Shown here: positions 16,630 through 24,894 of the stretch, piece by piece
How positions within the stretch are numbered: the stretch's first letter is position 1
How the letters are laid out: each line of letters opens with the position of its first letter
Source of the DNA: an uncultured Gammaproteobacteria bacterium
GTDB lineage: Bacteria; Pseudomonadota; Gammaproteobacteria; Chromatiales; Chromatiaceae
Length of the DNA stretch: 26,689 nt
Direction of reading: 5' to 3'
NCBI GenBank assembly: GCA_965602975.1
Contig: CBFDBF010000001.1
Location: forward strand, 1 to 26,689
The notes under the pieces: generated by a model
The model's database searches: none
Seen by the model: the letters and a program-made list of their open reading frames with translations, nothing else
What the model was told of the DNA's origin: nothing
Made by a program: the position numbers and the translations under genes

Positions 16630-17076
16630 TTAACCCTGATTATTGGGTGGCCAGTTTGCAGTGTTGATCTCTGATACATACTTTAAGAACTCAGCAATGG
16701 CTGCGAGCTCATCATCAGAGAAGTTGAACTGGGGCATACTACGGCGCCCAGGAATGCCGTTGACTGGGCGGGATTTAATAAATCCTGCAATAGCCTCTTT
16801 GGAACCACCGAAGCGGGTGTATACATTACCCAGCTCAGGTGCATAGTAGCCACCCTCTCCGAGCAGAGTGTGGCAGCCGATACAGTTGTTTTTTTCCCAT
16901 AGCGCCTTGCCTTGAGCAATTTGAGGGCCTAATTCTCCCTCAAGAGCTGCACGGTTGTCCCGACTTGGTAGCTGGTTAATCGTATCGAAGGTTAATGCAA
17001 GAAACAGTAAAAAGAAAAACGCGGTACCACCGTAGAAGATGTTCCGCGCCATAGATTTAGTAAAAGTTTGAGCCAT
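16630..17076 (-). CDS. norC: Nitric oxide reductase cytochrome c subunit NorC
   Basis: MAQTFTKSMARNIFYGG, TM anchor, WEKNNCIGCHTLLGEGGYYAPELG, GRRSMPQF, WPPN. GGGGGAG RBS supports ATG 17076 rather than 17109. Confidence 0.96.
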   Translation of the reverse strand: MAQTFTKSMARNIFYGGTAFFFLLFLALTFDTINQLPSRDNRAALEGELGPQIAQGKALWEKNNCIGCHTLLGEGGYYAPELGNVYTRFGGSKEAIAGFIKSRPVNGIPGRRSMPQFNFSDDELAAIAEFLKYVSEINTANWPPNNQG

Positions 17077-17143
17077 ATCAACTCCCCCGTTAGTATTGTG
17101 CCTCGGCACCTCGTATTAAACTCTGTCTGGTATGGTGCAGGCT

Positions 17144-17157
17144 TTGATCTATATCAA
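17144..17157. promoter_or_regulatory. FNR/DNR/NnrR-type binding site upstream of norC
   Basis: Perfect TTGAT-CTAT-ATCAA. A minus-strand -10 TTTAAT at 17120-17115 places the box near -41.5/-42.5 (class II geometry). Confidence 0.88.
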
Positions 17158-17199
17158 AAACCGGGATGGACCTTATCTTCGAAAAAATATAGTTGAAAC

Positions 17200-17448
17200 C
17201 ACTGCTGTCCCATTTAGCTGCGACACCATAAACATAACTTGTTGTTACATAGGCGCTTATTAGCACTGTTCTTTGTTTAGAACATCAAATGCAAATAAAG
17301 AGCATTCCTTCTCCCTCAGGGACCTCGGTACCCCCCTTGAGGGGTGGAAGGATAGGATGAGGGGGTAAATAAATCAAAGCCTTAGCTTTTTAAATCCCCT
17401 CACCCCAACCCTCTCCCGGAGGGAGGGGTAGTAAGTGGGACAGCAATG
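17200..17448. mobile_element. 249 bp MITE with 17 bp terminal inverted repeats and 9 bp target-site duplication
   Basis: Left TIR CACTGCTGTCCCATTTA (17200-17216), right TIR TAAGTGGGACAGCAATG (17432-17448; 15/17 match); flanking direct repeat AGTTGAAAC at 17191-17199 and 17449-17457; no ORF. Confidence 0.82.
17305..17428. repeat. REP-like CCCCTCACCCCAACCCTCTCCC inverted-repeat unit nested inside the MITE
   Basis: TCCTTC...GAAGGA and TGAGGGG (17358-17364) / CCCCTCA (17396-17402), followed by CCCTCTCCC-GGA-GGGAGGGG. Confidence 0.7.
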
Positions 17449-17608
17449 AGTTGAAACCCTTTTAAATTATATTGCTTAGCAGAATAATGGTGCATTTTAC
17501 AGCTGAATCAATGAGTTGTATTATGTAGCGCTATGGATTGCTGGCTCCGGATAATCGGTGTAGCAGGGGGGGGCAATTTTTAATAATATTTTGATAGTTG
17601 GTATAATT

Positions 17609-18451
17609 ATGGGTAATTTAAACAAATATCTATTAATAAATATTTTAATTAAATTTCCTGTTGGTTTTGGGTGGGCAGATACGGTGGAGGTGCAGTTACC
17701 GCCATCTACGTTATCTCAGTGGTATAAGCCACAGAGTGAACGCCAGCTTTGGCTGCATAATATGTTCAAGTTGCGGCGGGAGATGCAGGCAGTGCAAGAG
17801 TACAGTGCTATCAAGGATCAGCCACACTTGCAGAAATGGACAGTACGTTTAGTAAGCCACTACCAGAAGATTGCCGAGATGGTGCCAGAGTGGGAGGATG
17901 AGCTAGAGCTTGAGTGGGCAGAGAGGCTACTGCTTGCAGCAGAAAGAGGGGATTTCAGGCTCACGGATAAGGCGGTGCGCAAGATAGACGGGAGTTGCAA
18001 GTCATGCCATCGGGAGTATCGGGCAGTGGCTGCTGCTATGTATCGTACCCCTAACTTCCATGGGGTAAAAGTCAAAGATAGTGTTACTCTGCAGGAGTGG
18101 GAGTATGGCGAGTTTATGCAGACGCTTATCACCCTGGTTAATCAGGTCAAGATTGCATCTGAGGATGATCGGTTAAAGGAGTCTCTGCAGGCGTTATCCA
18201 GTCTTGAGGTACGACTACAGGAGTTGGGAGAGAGCTGTGTCTCTTGCCATAAGGATGATGCTTCCAGAGAGAGGATACTGGGGGCAGAGATGGTGCGGAA
18301 ACTGGGAGAGCTTAGGGTTAGCCTCTCATCTGGGGATAAAAAGATGGCAGGGCGTAAGTTGGGGGCTGTGGCAGTACTAACTTGTGCCAGTTGCCACGGT
18401 ACGCACCGTACACTCTATGATTTGAGAAATATACTTAACTCCGTGGATTAA
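17609..18451 (+). CDS. Tri-heme c-type cytochrome, predominantly helical (cytochrome c'-like heme motif context)
   Basis: Three CxxCH motifs: CKSCH (17996-18010), CVSCH (18236-18250), CASCH (18383-18397); probable N-terminal signal ending GWA-DT. The start (17609 ATG vs 17591 TTG) is uncertain. Confidence 0.8.
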   Translation: MGNLNKYLLINILIKFPVGFGWADTVEVQLPPSTLSQWYKPQSERQLWLHNMFKLRREMQAVQEYSAIKDQPHLQKWTVRLVSHYQKIAEMVPEWEDELELEWAERLLLAAERGDFRLTDKAVRKIDGSCKSCHREYRAVAAAMYRTPNFHGVKVKDSVTLQEWEYGEFMQTLITLVNQVKIASEDDRLKESLQALSSLEVRLQELGESCVSCHKDDASRERILGAEMVRKLGELRVSLSSGDKKMAGRKLGAVAVLTCASCHGTHRTLYDLRNILNSVD

Positions 18452-19008
18452 GGAGCCTGCTTGGTGCGTTCGCTCCAGGCTTGCATGGTTTTTGGATGGC
18501 TGTTCCATAGCCCTCGCTCTTGAGTCGCAGCCGACTTCTCGTGCTCTGTTAACTGCTGTTTGAGCTCGGTTGGCAGGGGGTATCTATTCAATACTACGGC
18601 AAACCCATCCTCTACCATCGCTTCGCTCAAGGGGCGGCCAGCAGGGCTATACAGTATTGTGGGGATACGGCCATATTTGTCATGCGGTTGAAGCCCCCCC
18701 TCCAGAGTTACCCTTTGGCCGGGTGAGACCATGGTCTCAAGGTGTCGAGTGGCCTCCTGGCCAAGGTCGATTAGTGTAGCACTGGTTAGTCCCGTTCTCT
18801 GCCTGTCTCGTTGCAGCTTTGGATTGCCCACACTTTCAGGAGCATCTATTCCCATCAACTGGAGACGCTCTGGTTGGCCATCTATCTCTACTACAATGGT
18901 GTCACCATCTTCAACACTGATAACCGGGTAGTCTAGTTCCTTGCATATGCCAAAAGGGGCGTTTAGCAGGAGAATAGTTGCTAATAGAGAGGTTGATAGA
19001 TTAAGCAT
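18448..19008 (-). CDS. Thermonuclease (SNase-like) family secreted protein
   Basis: Signal peptide, VISVEDGDTI, GIDAPES, DKYGR, EAMVEDGFAVV, A...ERGLW. Confidence 0.85.
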   Translation of the reverse strand: MLNLSTSLLATILLLNAPFGICKELDYPVISVEDGDTIVVEIDGQPERLQLMGIDAPESVGNPKLQRDRQRTGLTSATLIDLGQEATRHLETMVSPGQRVTLEGGLQPHDKYGRIPTILYSPAGRPLSEAMVEDGFAVVLNRYPLPTELKQQLTEHEKSAATQERGLWNSHPKTMQAWSERTKQAP

Positions 19009-19030
19009 AATTTTTTACTCGGTATGGTGT

Positions 19031-19219
19031 TTAACGTGGTAACCAGAAGGCGAGAAACAGGCAGCATAATGTGAGACCGATAAAATAGAGGATAAATCGA
19101 CCCCTGGCGCCAGCGCGGTAGCCTGTTTGTTGATAGTGCGAGATGGATCCGCAGTGGGGGCACTGGGCGATGTCAGGCGCTATCTTTTTGCCGCAGTATA
19201 GGCAGTTTACCTTTTCCAA
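19031..19219 (-). CDS. Small zinc-ribbon membrane protein, resembling Pseudomonas DnrP
   Basis: CLYC...CPHC zinc ribbon, then one TM helix ending FWLPR; TTG start with AAGGAG RBS. The DnrP resemblance is from memory only. Confidence 0.6.
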   Translation of the reverse strand: MEKVNCLYCGKKIAPDIAQCPHCGSISHYQQTGYRAGARGRFILYFIGLTLCCLFLAFWLPR

Positions 19220-19281
19220 CGTGAACTCCTTGGTAACTGGCTTTTATACAGATGCATAGTGGTCGGTAGTGTCAAAAAGGC

Positions 19282-20535
19282 CTACAATAAATTCATAAAT
19301 GGCTCGATTTCCACTGTATCTCCTGTTGTCATCATAGTTACATCTGCGGGTAAAATTACGAAACAATTTGCATGGGCAATGGATGACAAGACATGCGATC
19401 CTTGGTTGGCTTGGGTGCTAACCTGCAGGTTGCCTTTATTATCGATAGAGTAGAATCCACGTTGGAAATCCGTGCGCCCCTTGGTTTTCTTGATATCATT
19501 ACTGCAGATTGCTTTTAGAATAAGTTTTTTGGGGATATTTTCAGATTCGGTTAATCGAATTGCATCACCCACAAATTGATAAAATGATGTTATGGCCGCA
19601 ACAGGGTTTCCTGGTAGGCCAAAAAAGAGGGCGGAGTGAATCTTGCCAACAGCTAATGGTTTGCCTGGTTTCATGGCGATTCGCCATAGATCAACGGTTC
19701 CAATCTCATCCAAAACCTGTTTTACAAAGTCTGCATCTCCAACCGAAACTCCGCCACTAGTAACTATAATATCTGCTTGTTGTGATGCCTGCTCCAAAGT
19801 CTCTTTTATGAGATTTTTATCATCTGCCAGAACGCCTTTATCAATCACCTCGCAACTAAGATTGGCCAACATCGCATTTATAGCATAACGGTTAGAGTCG
19901 TAGATTTTTCCAGGCTGTAGTATCTGGCCAAGCCCAGTAATTTCGTCTCCAGTGGAGAAAATGCAAACCCTTGGTCTCTTGTATGCAGTTATTTTTGCCT
20001 GGCCAACAGCAGCAAGATAGGCAATATGCGCTGCATTTAACCTGGTGCCTTTATCTAGGATATGGGAGCCGCGAATTAAGTCATCACCTTGTGGGCGTAT
20101 ATTTGAGCCTTTAGTGGTTGCTTGAGGGAAAACAATATGATCACCGTCATGCTCAACTTTCTCTTGCATTACTACTGTATCTACAGAGTCTGGTACCACA
20201 GCGCCAGTCATAATGCGCACACACTCTCCAGGGCGTATCTCTGTTAAATAAGGTTCGCCAGCATATATAATGCCAGTTTGTTTTAGTCTCTTATATGTTG
20301 CTAAATCAGCATGTTTGAAGGCGTAACCATCCATTGCTGAATTATTGAAAGGGGGAACATCTATACTAGATGTTATATCTTCAGCAGTTACTCTGTTTAA
20401 TCCAGCCGCCAGTTCCAATGTTTCAGTTGCTGTTATTTTACTGATTATATTTTTGATTTTTTCTCTGGTTGCAGATATAGAGTGAAGTTCTTTTTTATTG
20501 GATCCATCCATATTATCGCATTCACATTTACTCAT
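19282..20535 (-). CDS. moeA: Molybdopterin molybdotransferase MoeA
   Basis: PPFNNSAMDGYA, RIMTGA, STGDEI, DSNRY, SGGVSVGDADF, KPGKP, GLPGNP, DFQRG, QGSHVLSS. Confidence 0.96.
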   Translation of the reverse strand: MSKCECDNMDGSNKKELHSISATREKIKNIISKITATETLELAAGLNRVTAEDITSSIDVPPFNNSAMDGYAFKHADLATYKRLKQTGIIYAGEPYLTEIRPGECVRIMTGAVVPDSVDTVVMQEKVEHDGDHIVFPQATTKGSNIRPQGDDLIRGSHILDKGTRLNAAHIAYLAAVGQAKITAYKRPRVCIFSTGDEITGLGQILQPGKIYDSNRYAINAMLANLSCEVIDKGVLADDKNLIKETLEQASQQADIIVTSGGVSVGDADFVKQVLDEIGTVDLWRIAMKPGKPLAVGKIHSALFFGLPGNPVAAITSFYQFVGDAIRLTESENIPKKLILKAICSNDIKKTKGRTDFQRGFYSIDNKGNLQVSTQANQGSHVLSSIAHANCFVILPADVTMMTTGDTVEIEPFMNLL

Positions 20536-21634
20536 AATTCACCTGTTTGATAAATTTCTCTACGAATTTTGAAAGAGCGTCTATGTCATCTCTATGAGTT
20601 ATAAAACAGCCTTGTGTATGAGCAGTAATATCTACTGCTTTATTTGTAATAAACCCTAAAATAGTTTCATCCTCTAAATGGTGGCGGTTTATGTCATCAG
20701 GGTTGTTGAGAAAAACAAATTTCGGTATAACATCATTTTTAAATCCTTCCGCAAGTATTAGGTCTATACTGCTTTTATCAATACTATTTACTGCAACAGA
20801 AAAGTCAATCCGTTCATCAGTTTCTGTCATTAAAAACCATTGATTGGTGGTAATCAGAGCAACCTGTTTTGCTCCTGCTACCCGGTAGGCGTGACTGTCT
20901 TTTCCGGGTTTGTCTACGTCTACTTTGTGATGGGCGTGCTTTATGACCGCTATACGTATATTTATTTTAGCTAGAGTTTGAATTAGTCTATTTATCAGGG
21001 TGGTTTTGCCTGAGCCACTATCGCCACAAAAACCAAGCAGTGGTATTTGCGTGGCTTGTAGTTGTTTTTGCAGTTTATATAGATCTACGGGGGAGTTGAT
21101 ATTGGCAAAATCATTGGATTGGGGGAAGTCTGCCAGCACATGTGGTTGTTGTAGCATCCAATTAGTCAGGCTTTTATAAGATCCGTTTATGCTGGATAAC
21201 AGGGCGGTTGGGATTAGGCTAAATAGTGGCTGTAGTCTAGGCTTGTCGCTTTGCTCTTGCGGGATTATTATGTGACCTGGACGGTAAAATTTAAGTAGCT
21301 CTGTAACCAGGTTTGTATTTAACAGTGGGGCATCACAAGGTGTGCAGATACAATAATCCGTTGTTACGTGTTTATGTACGGAGTGCAATCCTGTCAGTGG
21401 GCCAACTATATCTGACTCTATATCGGAAATAACCGGGCAAGCAAAATCAGCATAAATATCTTTATGACGATTTGCGCTGATTAACAGTTGTCCACACTGC
21501 CCTTTTATTCGTTCAATTACATGTGCCACCATGGGCTTGTTAGCAAAAGGAATAAGTCCTTTATCGCACCCCATCATCCTCCTGCCGTCGCCACCAGCAA
21601 GGATAATGGCAGTAATGTCCTTGTTCTTTAACAT
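20528..21634 (-). CDS. mobAB: Fused MobA (Moco guanylyltransferase) - MobB (P-loop adaptor) protein
   Basis: N-half ILAGGDGRRM.GCDKGL...GPLTG...PCDAP...NINSPVDL (MobA); C-half GFCGDSGSGKTTLI...IKHAHH..DVDKPGKDS...AEGFK (MobB); one continuous 368 aa ORF. Confidence 0.9.
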   Translation of the reverse strand: MLKNKDITAIILAGGDGRRMMGCDKGLIPFANKPMVAHVIERIKGQCGQLLISANRHKDIYADFACPVISDIESDIVGPLTGLHSVHKHVTTDYCICTPCDAPLLNTNLVTELLKFYRPGHIIIPQEQSDKPRLQPLFSLIPTALLSSINGSYKSLTNWMLQQPHVLADFPQSNDFANINSPVDLYKLQKQLQATQIPLLGFCGDSGSGKTTLINRLIQTLAKINIRIAVIKHAHHKVDVDKPGKDSHAYRVAGAKQVALITTNQWFLMTETDERIDFSVAVNSIDKSSIDLILAEGFKNDVIPKFVFLNNPDDINRHHLEDETILGFITNKAVDITAHTQGCFITHRDDIDALSKFVEKFIKQVNYE

Positions 21635-21690
21635 ACTATATCCGCCAACAACATTGTCGATATTAAAGCTTGTGTCATTACCACCGTTGA

Positions 21691-22221
21691 TTACTTCTCT
21701 GTAAAACGTGGCATTAATTCCACCAGATTACAAGGCTTATGCCGGGCGTCTAGTTGGTGGGAGATGATGTGCTTCCAACCATCTTTACAAGCACCTGGTG
21801 ATCCGGGTAGACAAAAAATTGGAGTGGCATTGGCGAGCCCTGCAATAGCTCGTGATTGTATAGTTGAGGTTTTAATAAAGCCATATGATATGTGGCGAAA
21901 CAGCTCTCCAAAACCGGGAATTTCTTTATCCAGCAGTGGAGTAACAGCTTCTGGAGTAATATCTCTTCCGGTAAGACCGGTGCCACCTGTTGTTATAATT
22001 ACATTAACATCACTGTCGGCAATCCAAATTGATAACTGTTTGCGAATCTGATAAACGTTATCGACTGCTATTGTTCTCTCACTAAGTTTGTGTCCATAAT
22101 CTAACAGGTCTTCTTCTAAGGATAATCCGGCGCTGTCTGTCTCCATGGTTCTAGAGTCAGATATAGTCAATATTGCAATATTTAAGGGAATGAACTCCCG
22201 GTCTGTTGTAATTTTACTCAT
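21691..22221 (-). CDS. moaB: Molybdenum cofactor biosynthesis protein MoaB
   Basis: FIPLNIAILTISDSR, TTGGTGLTGRDITPEA, STIQSRAIAG, LPGSPGAC, QLDARHKPCN; ATG 22221. Confidence 0.93.
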   Translation of the reverse strand: MSKITTDREFIPLNIAILTISDSRTMETDSAGLSLEEDLLDYGHKLSERTIAVDNVYQIRKQLSIWIADSDVNVIITTGGTGLTGRDITPEAVTPLLDKEIPGFGELFRHISYGFIKTSTIQSRAIAGLANATPIFCLPGSPGACKDGWKHIISHQLDARHKPCNLVELMPRFTEK

Positions 22222-22326
22222 TATTATTTTACCCAATTATAGGGTACCTCTGTTAATTTGTATGTGGCGTCCATGGGTCACTAGACTCATTGAATAAAGC
22301 GGAAATCCCTTAAGTTTTCATAGGGT

Positions 22327-22821
22327 TTAAATATCCATAGATCTCTTCTGATATTTCCAGTGACCAGATTTTCCACCCTTTTTCTCCAGCACTCTAATGC
22401 TATGGATAAGCATCTCTCTATCAACTCCTTTGCACATATCATAGATAGTCAATGCGGTTACTGATGCCGCAGTCATTGCCTCCATCTCGACACCGGTTTT
22501 GGCATCTAATTTGCAAACGCAATATATAAAAACGGTTGATTTCTCTATATCAATATCAAAATCAACATTAACCACAGAAAGATTAATATTGTGGCACAAT
22601 GGAATCAAAGATGCTGTCTGCTTGGCCGCTTGAATGCCAGCAATGCGTGCAACATTTAATACATCGCCTTTTTTGTGCGCGTTTATAGTGATCATCTCTA
22701 ATGTGCTCGGGTTCATAGTAATGGCGGCAGAGGCTGTAGCAGTTCGACTGGTAATATCCTTGTCACCTACATCCACCATGCGAGCAGCACCATTTTCATC
22801 TACATGAGTTAATGTTTTCAC
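22327..22821 (-). CDS. moaC: Cyclic pyranopterin monophosphate synthase MoaC
   Basis: LTHVDENGAARMVDV, ARIAGIQAAK, LIPLCH, GVEMEAMT, LTIYDMCK, KKGGKSG. Confidence 0.96.
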   Translation of the reverse strand: MKTLTHVDENGAARMVDVGDKDITSRTATASAAITMNPSTLEMITINAHKKGDVLNVARIAGIQAAKQTASLIPLCHNINLSVVNVDFDIDIEKSTVFIYCVCKLDAKTGVEMEAMTAASVTALTIYDMCKGVDREMLIHSIRVLEKKGGKSGHWKYQKRSMDI

Positions 22822-22871
22822 TAGTATACGGCCTGGGATTTAATTCTATTCTGGTTATATGGAATCACTGT

Positions 22872-23315
22872 TCAATCCTCCCATTTCTGGCTTTGCAGTT
22901 CATCTGAATGCTTTGAGGTAACCCAGTATTCACTGTTACTGGTAAACTCTTTTTTCCAGAATGGTGCTTTGGTTTTTAGATGGTCAATTAAAAATTCGCA
23001 GGCGGCAAAGGCTGGCTTGCGATGAGCGCTGCTTACCATAACCATGACGATCTGTTGTTGCGGAAATAACGTACCAACTCTATGAATGATCTTACATTCC
23101 ATTATATCCCAACGAGTTTTTGCTTGATGAATCAACTCCAATAAAACTGTCTCCGTCATTCCAGGATAGTGCTCTAAATACATTTGTGTGATTGTTCCAC
23201 CCCTGACTTTGCCTATAAAGCTTACCACTGCGCCGGTCTGATCTGATTCAAAGTGCCTTAATTCATCTGCAGCATTAAAATCCTGTGGTTGAATTTTTAC
23301 CCATTCGTTATCCAC
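22872..23315 (-). CDS. moaE: Molybdopterin synthase catalytic subunit MoaE
   Basis: GAVVSFIGKVR, LEHYPGM, IIHRVG, SAHRKPAF, LKTKAPFWKKE. Confidence 0.95.
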   Translation of the reverse strand: MDNEWVKIQPQDFNAADELRHFESDQTGAVVSFIGKVRGGTITQMYLEHYPGMTETVLLELIHQAKTRWDIMECKIIHRVGTLFPQQQIVMVMVSSAHRKPAFAACEFLIDHLKTKAPFWKKEFTSNSEYWVTSKHSDELQSQKWED

Positions 23316-23321
23316 TAACCT

Positions 23322-23576
23322 CTAGCCTCCGGTGACAGTTGGGAAGATTGCCACTTCATCACCATCATGTAATTGTGCGCTTTGTTTTACTATCTGCTGG
23401 TTAATTGCAATATGCAGGTTGTTGTTTGGGCTGAACAGATCTTTATATGCTCCTCCCTTGGCATGTAGGTAGGTAAAAATGTCACCAGCACAACTAATTT
23501 GTTGTGACAACTCAACTTGCTCCTTGTCAATGTTTAGTTTCTCACGGACGCTGGCAAAATAACTTATTTCAATCAT
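23322..23576 (-). CDS. moaD: Molybdopterin synthase sulfur carrier subunit MoaD
   Basis: YFASVREKL, AINQ, DGDEVAIFPTVTGG with C-terminal Gly-Gly. Confidence 0.94.
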   Translation of the reverse strand: MIEISYFASVREKLNIDKEQVELSQQISCAGDIFTYLHAKGGAYKDLFSPNNNLHIAINQQIVKQSAQLHDGDEVAIFPTVTGG

Positions 23577-23838
23577 AATCTGTCCTTAAGTAGAATTTTA
23601 TGGGAAAAGCAGGTGTCTACTGAGAAACATTACCGCAACTACGCCCACACTGCCCAATGTTTTTTTAATAACATCGGTGTTGGGATTTGTCGCCCCTCAC
23701 AATGAGCCCAAAGAGCCGCTATTGCTTAAAGGTATATAATGCATTGGATCGATAGAATTATATTCTATGCGAGATATTAACCCAATAGCAGAATTTACCC
23801 AAATGAATACCGCACCACATGCCGCCGCCTTTTTGGTA

Positions 23839-24807
23839 TTACCCACCTGTAATGTTCATATTTCTAACAACAGGTTGGCTATTAAAGGTGTGCTCGAATG
23901 GTTTTTTATCAATGGCTTGCGATATTATGTTGGCCAGGTCTGCATCTGATATTCCTTGGCGCACCAGCTTGCCTAGTTCCACATTGTTCTCTTGTCCTAG
24001 ACATAAATATAGAGTCCCAGTAGCAGATAAACGCACACGATTGCAAGTATCACAAAAGTGTTGGGAGATGGGGGTGATATAGCCTATTTTAAAATCAGTG
24101 CCAGCAATGTTGTCATAACGCGCTGGTCCACCACCATACTCTGTCGTTGGGATTAATTGATACTTCTGTTGTAAGTTGGCGCGTAAATTCTGCAAACTAT
24201 AATAGTGTTGTGAGGCGTCTATACCATTTGCGCCTACCGGCATGGTTTCAATAAATCTCAGGGTAAATCCATTTTCACGGCAATAATCTACGATAGAATC
24301 TATGTCTTCTATGTTTTTTCCTCGCATGACTACGGTGTTTATTTTTATAGGATGAAAGCCAGCTTTTTTGGCTGCTTGTAGTCCATCCAATACCGGCTGT
24401 AGTTCACTGTTGGTGATTGATTTAAATATATCGGCCTGCAAAGTATCCAGGCTGACATTGATACGCTTAACCCCTGCAGCATACAGCTCTTCAGCATAAG
24501 TAGATAGCAGGCTGGCATTAGTGCTTAATGATATGTCGCAGATGCCATCAAGTGCATTAATGCCACGAACCATCGGCAGTATGTCCTTACGTACTAGTGG
24601 CTCTCCACCAGTTAGTCTTACTCTGGAGACTCCTAGTTTGGCAAATACTCGTACTATCTGGGTGATCTCATCTACAGTTGACCACTCTTCGGGTTGATTG
24701 AAATCGTTGCATCTTGTTGGCATGCAGTAAAAACACCGCATGTTGCACCTATCAGTTACTGATAGACGCAGATATTCTATCTTTCTGCCATATGAGTCTT
24801 GTAGCAT
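23839..24807 (-). CDS. moaA: GTP 3',8-cyclase MoaA (radical SAM)
   Basis: YLRLSVTDRCNMRCFYC, RLTGGEPL, NVSLDTL, FCDTCNRVRL...LYLC, C-terminal TGG. Confidence 0.96.
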   Translation of the reverse strand: MLQDSYGRKIEYLRLSVTDRCNMRCFYCMPTRCNDFNQPEEWSTVDEITQIVRVFAKLGVSRVRLTGGEPLVRKDILPMVRGINALDGICDISLSTNASLLSTYAEELYAAGVKRINVSLDTLQADIFKSITNSELQPVLDGLQAAKKAGFHPIKINTVVMRGKNIEDIDSIVDYCRENGFTLRFIETMPVGANGIDASQHYYSLQNLRANLQQKYQLIPTTEYGGGPARYDNIAGTDFKIGYITPISQHFCDTCNRVRLSATGTLYLCLGQENNVELGKLVRQGISDADLANIISQAIDKKPFEHTFNSQPVVRNMNITGG

Positions 24808-24894
24808 AATTATAAGTATATGATCTTTCAGTGGATCATGTAAATGCTTTTAAGGGCGCGCCGTTTAGTAGTTAAGGTGCCGTCGCGTGAGGTT

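Noticed and set aside
22237-24894. Moco riboswitch in the moa intergenic regions
   Set aside because: I could not find the conserved motif elements upstream of moaA, moaD or moaB by eye; an Rfam RF01055 scan would settle it.
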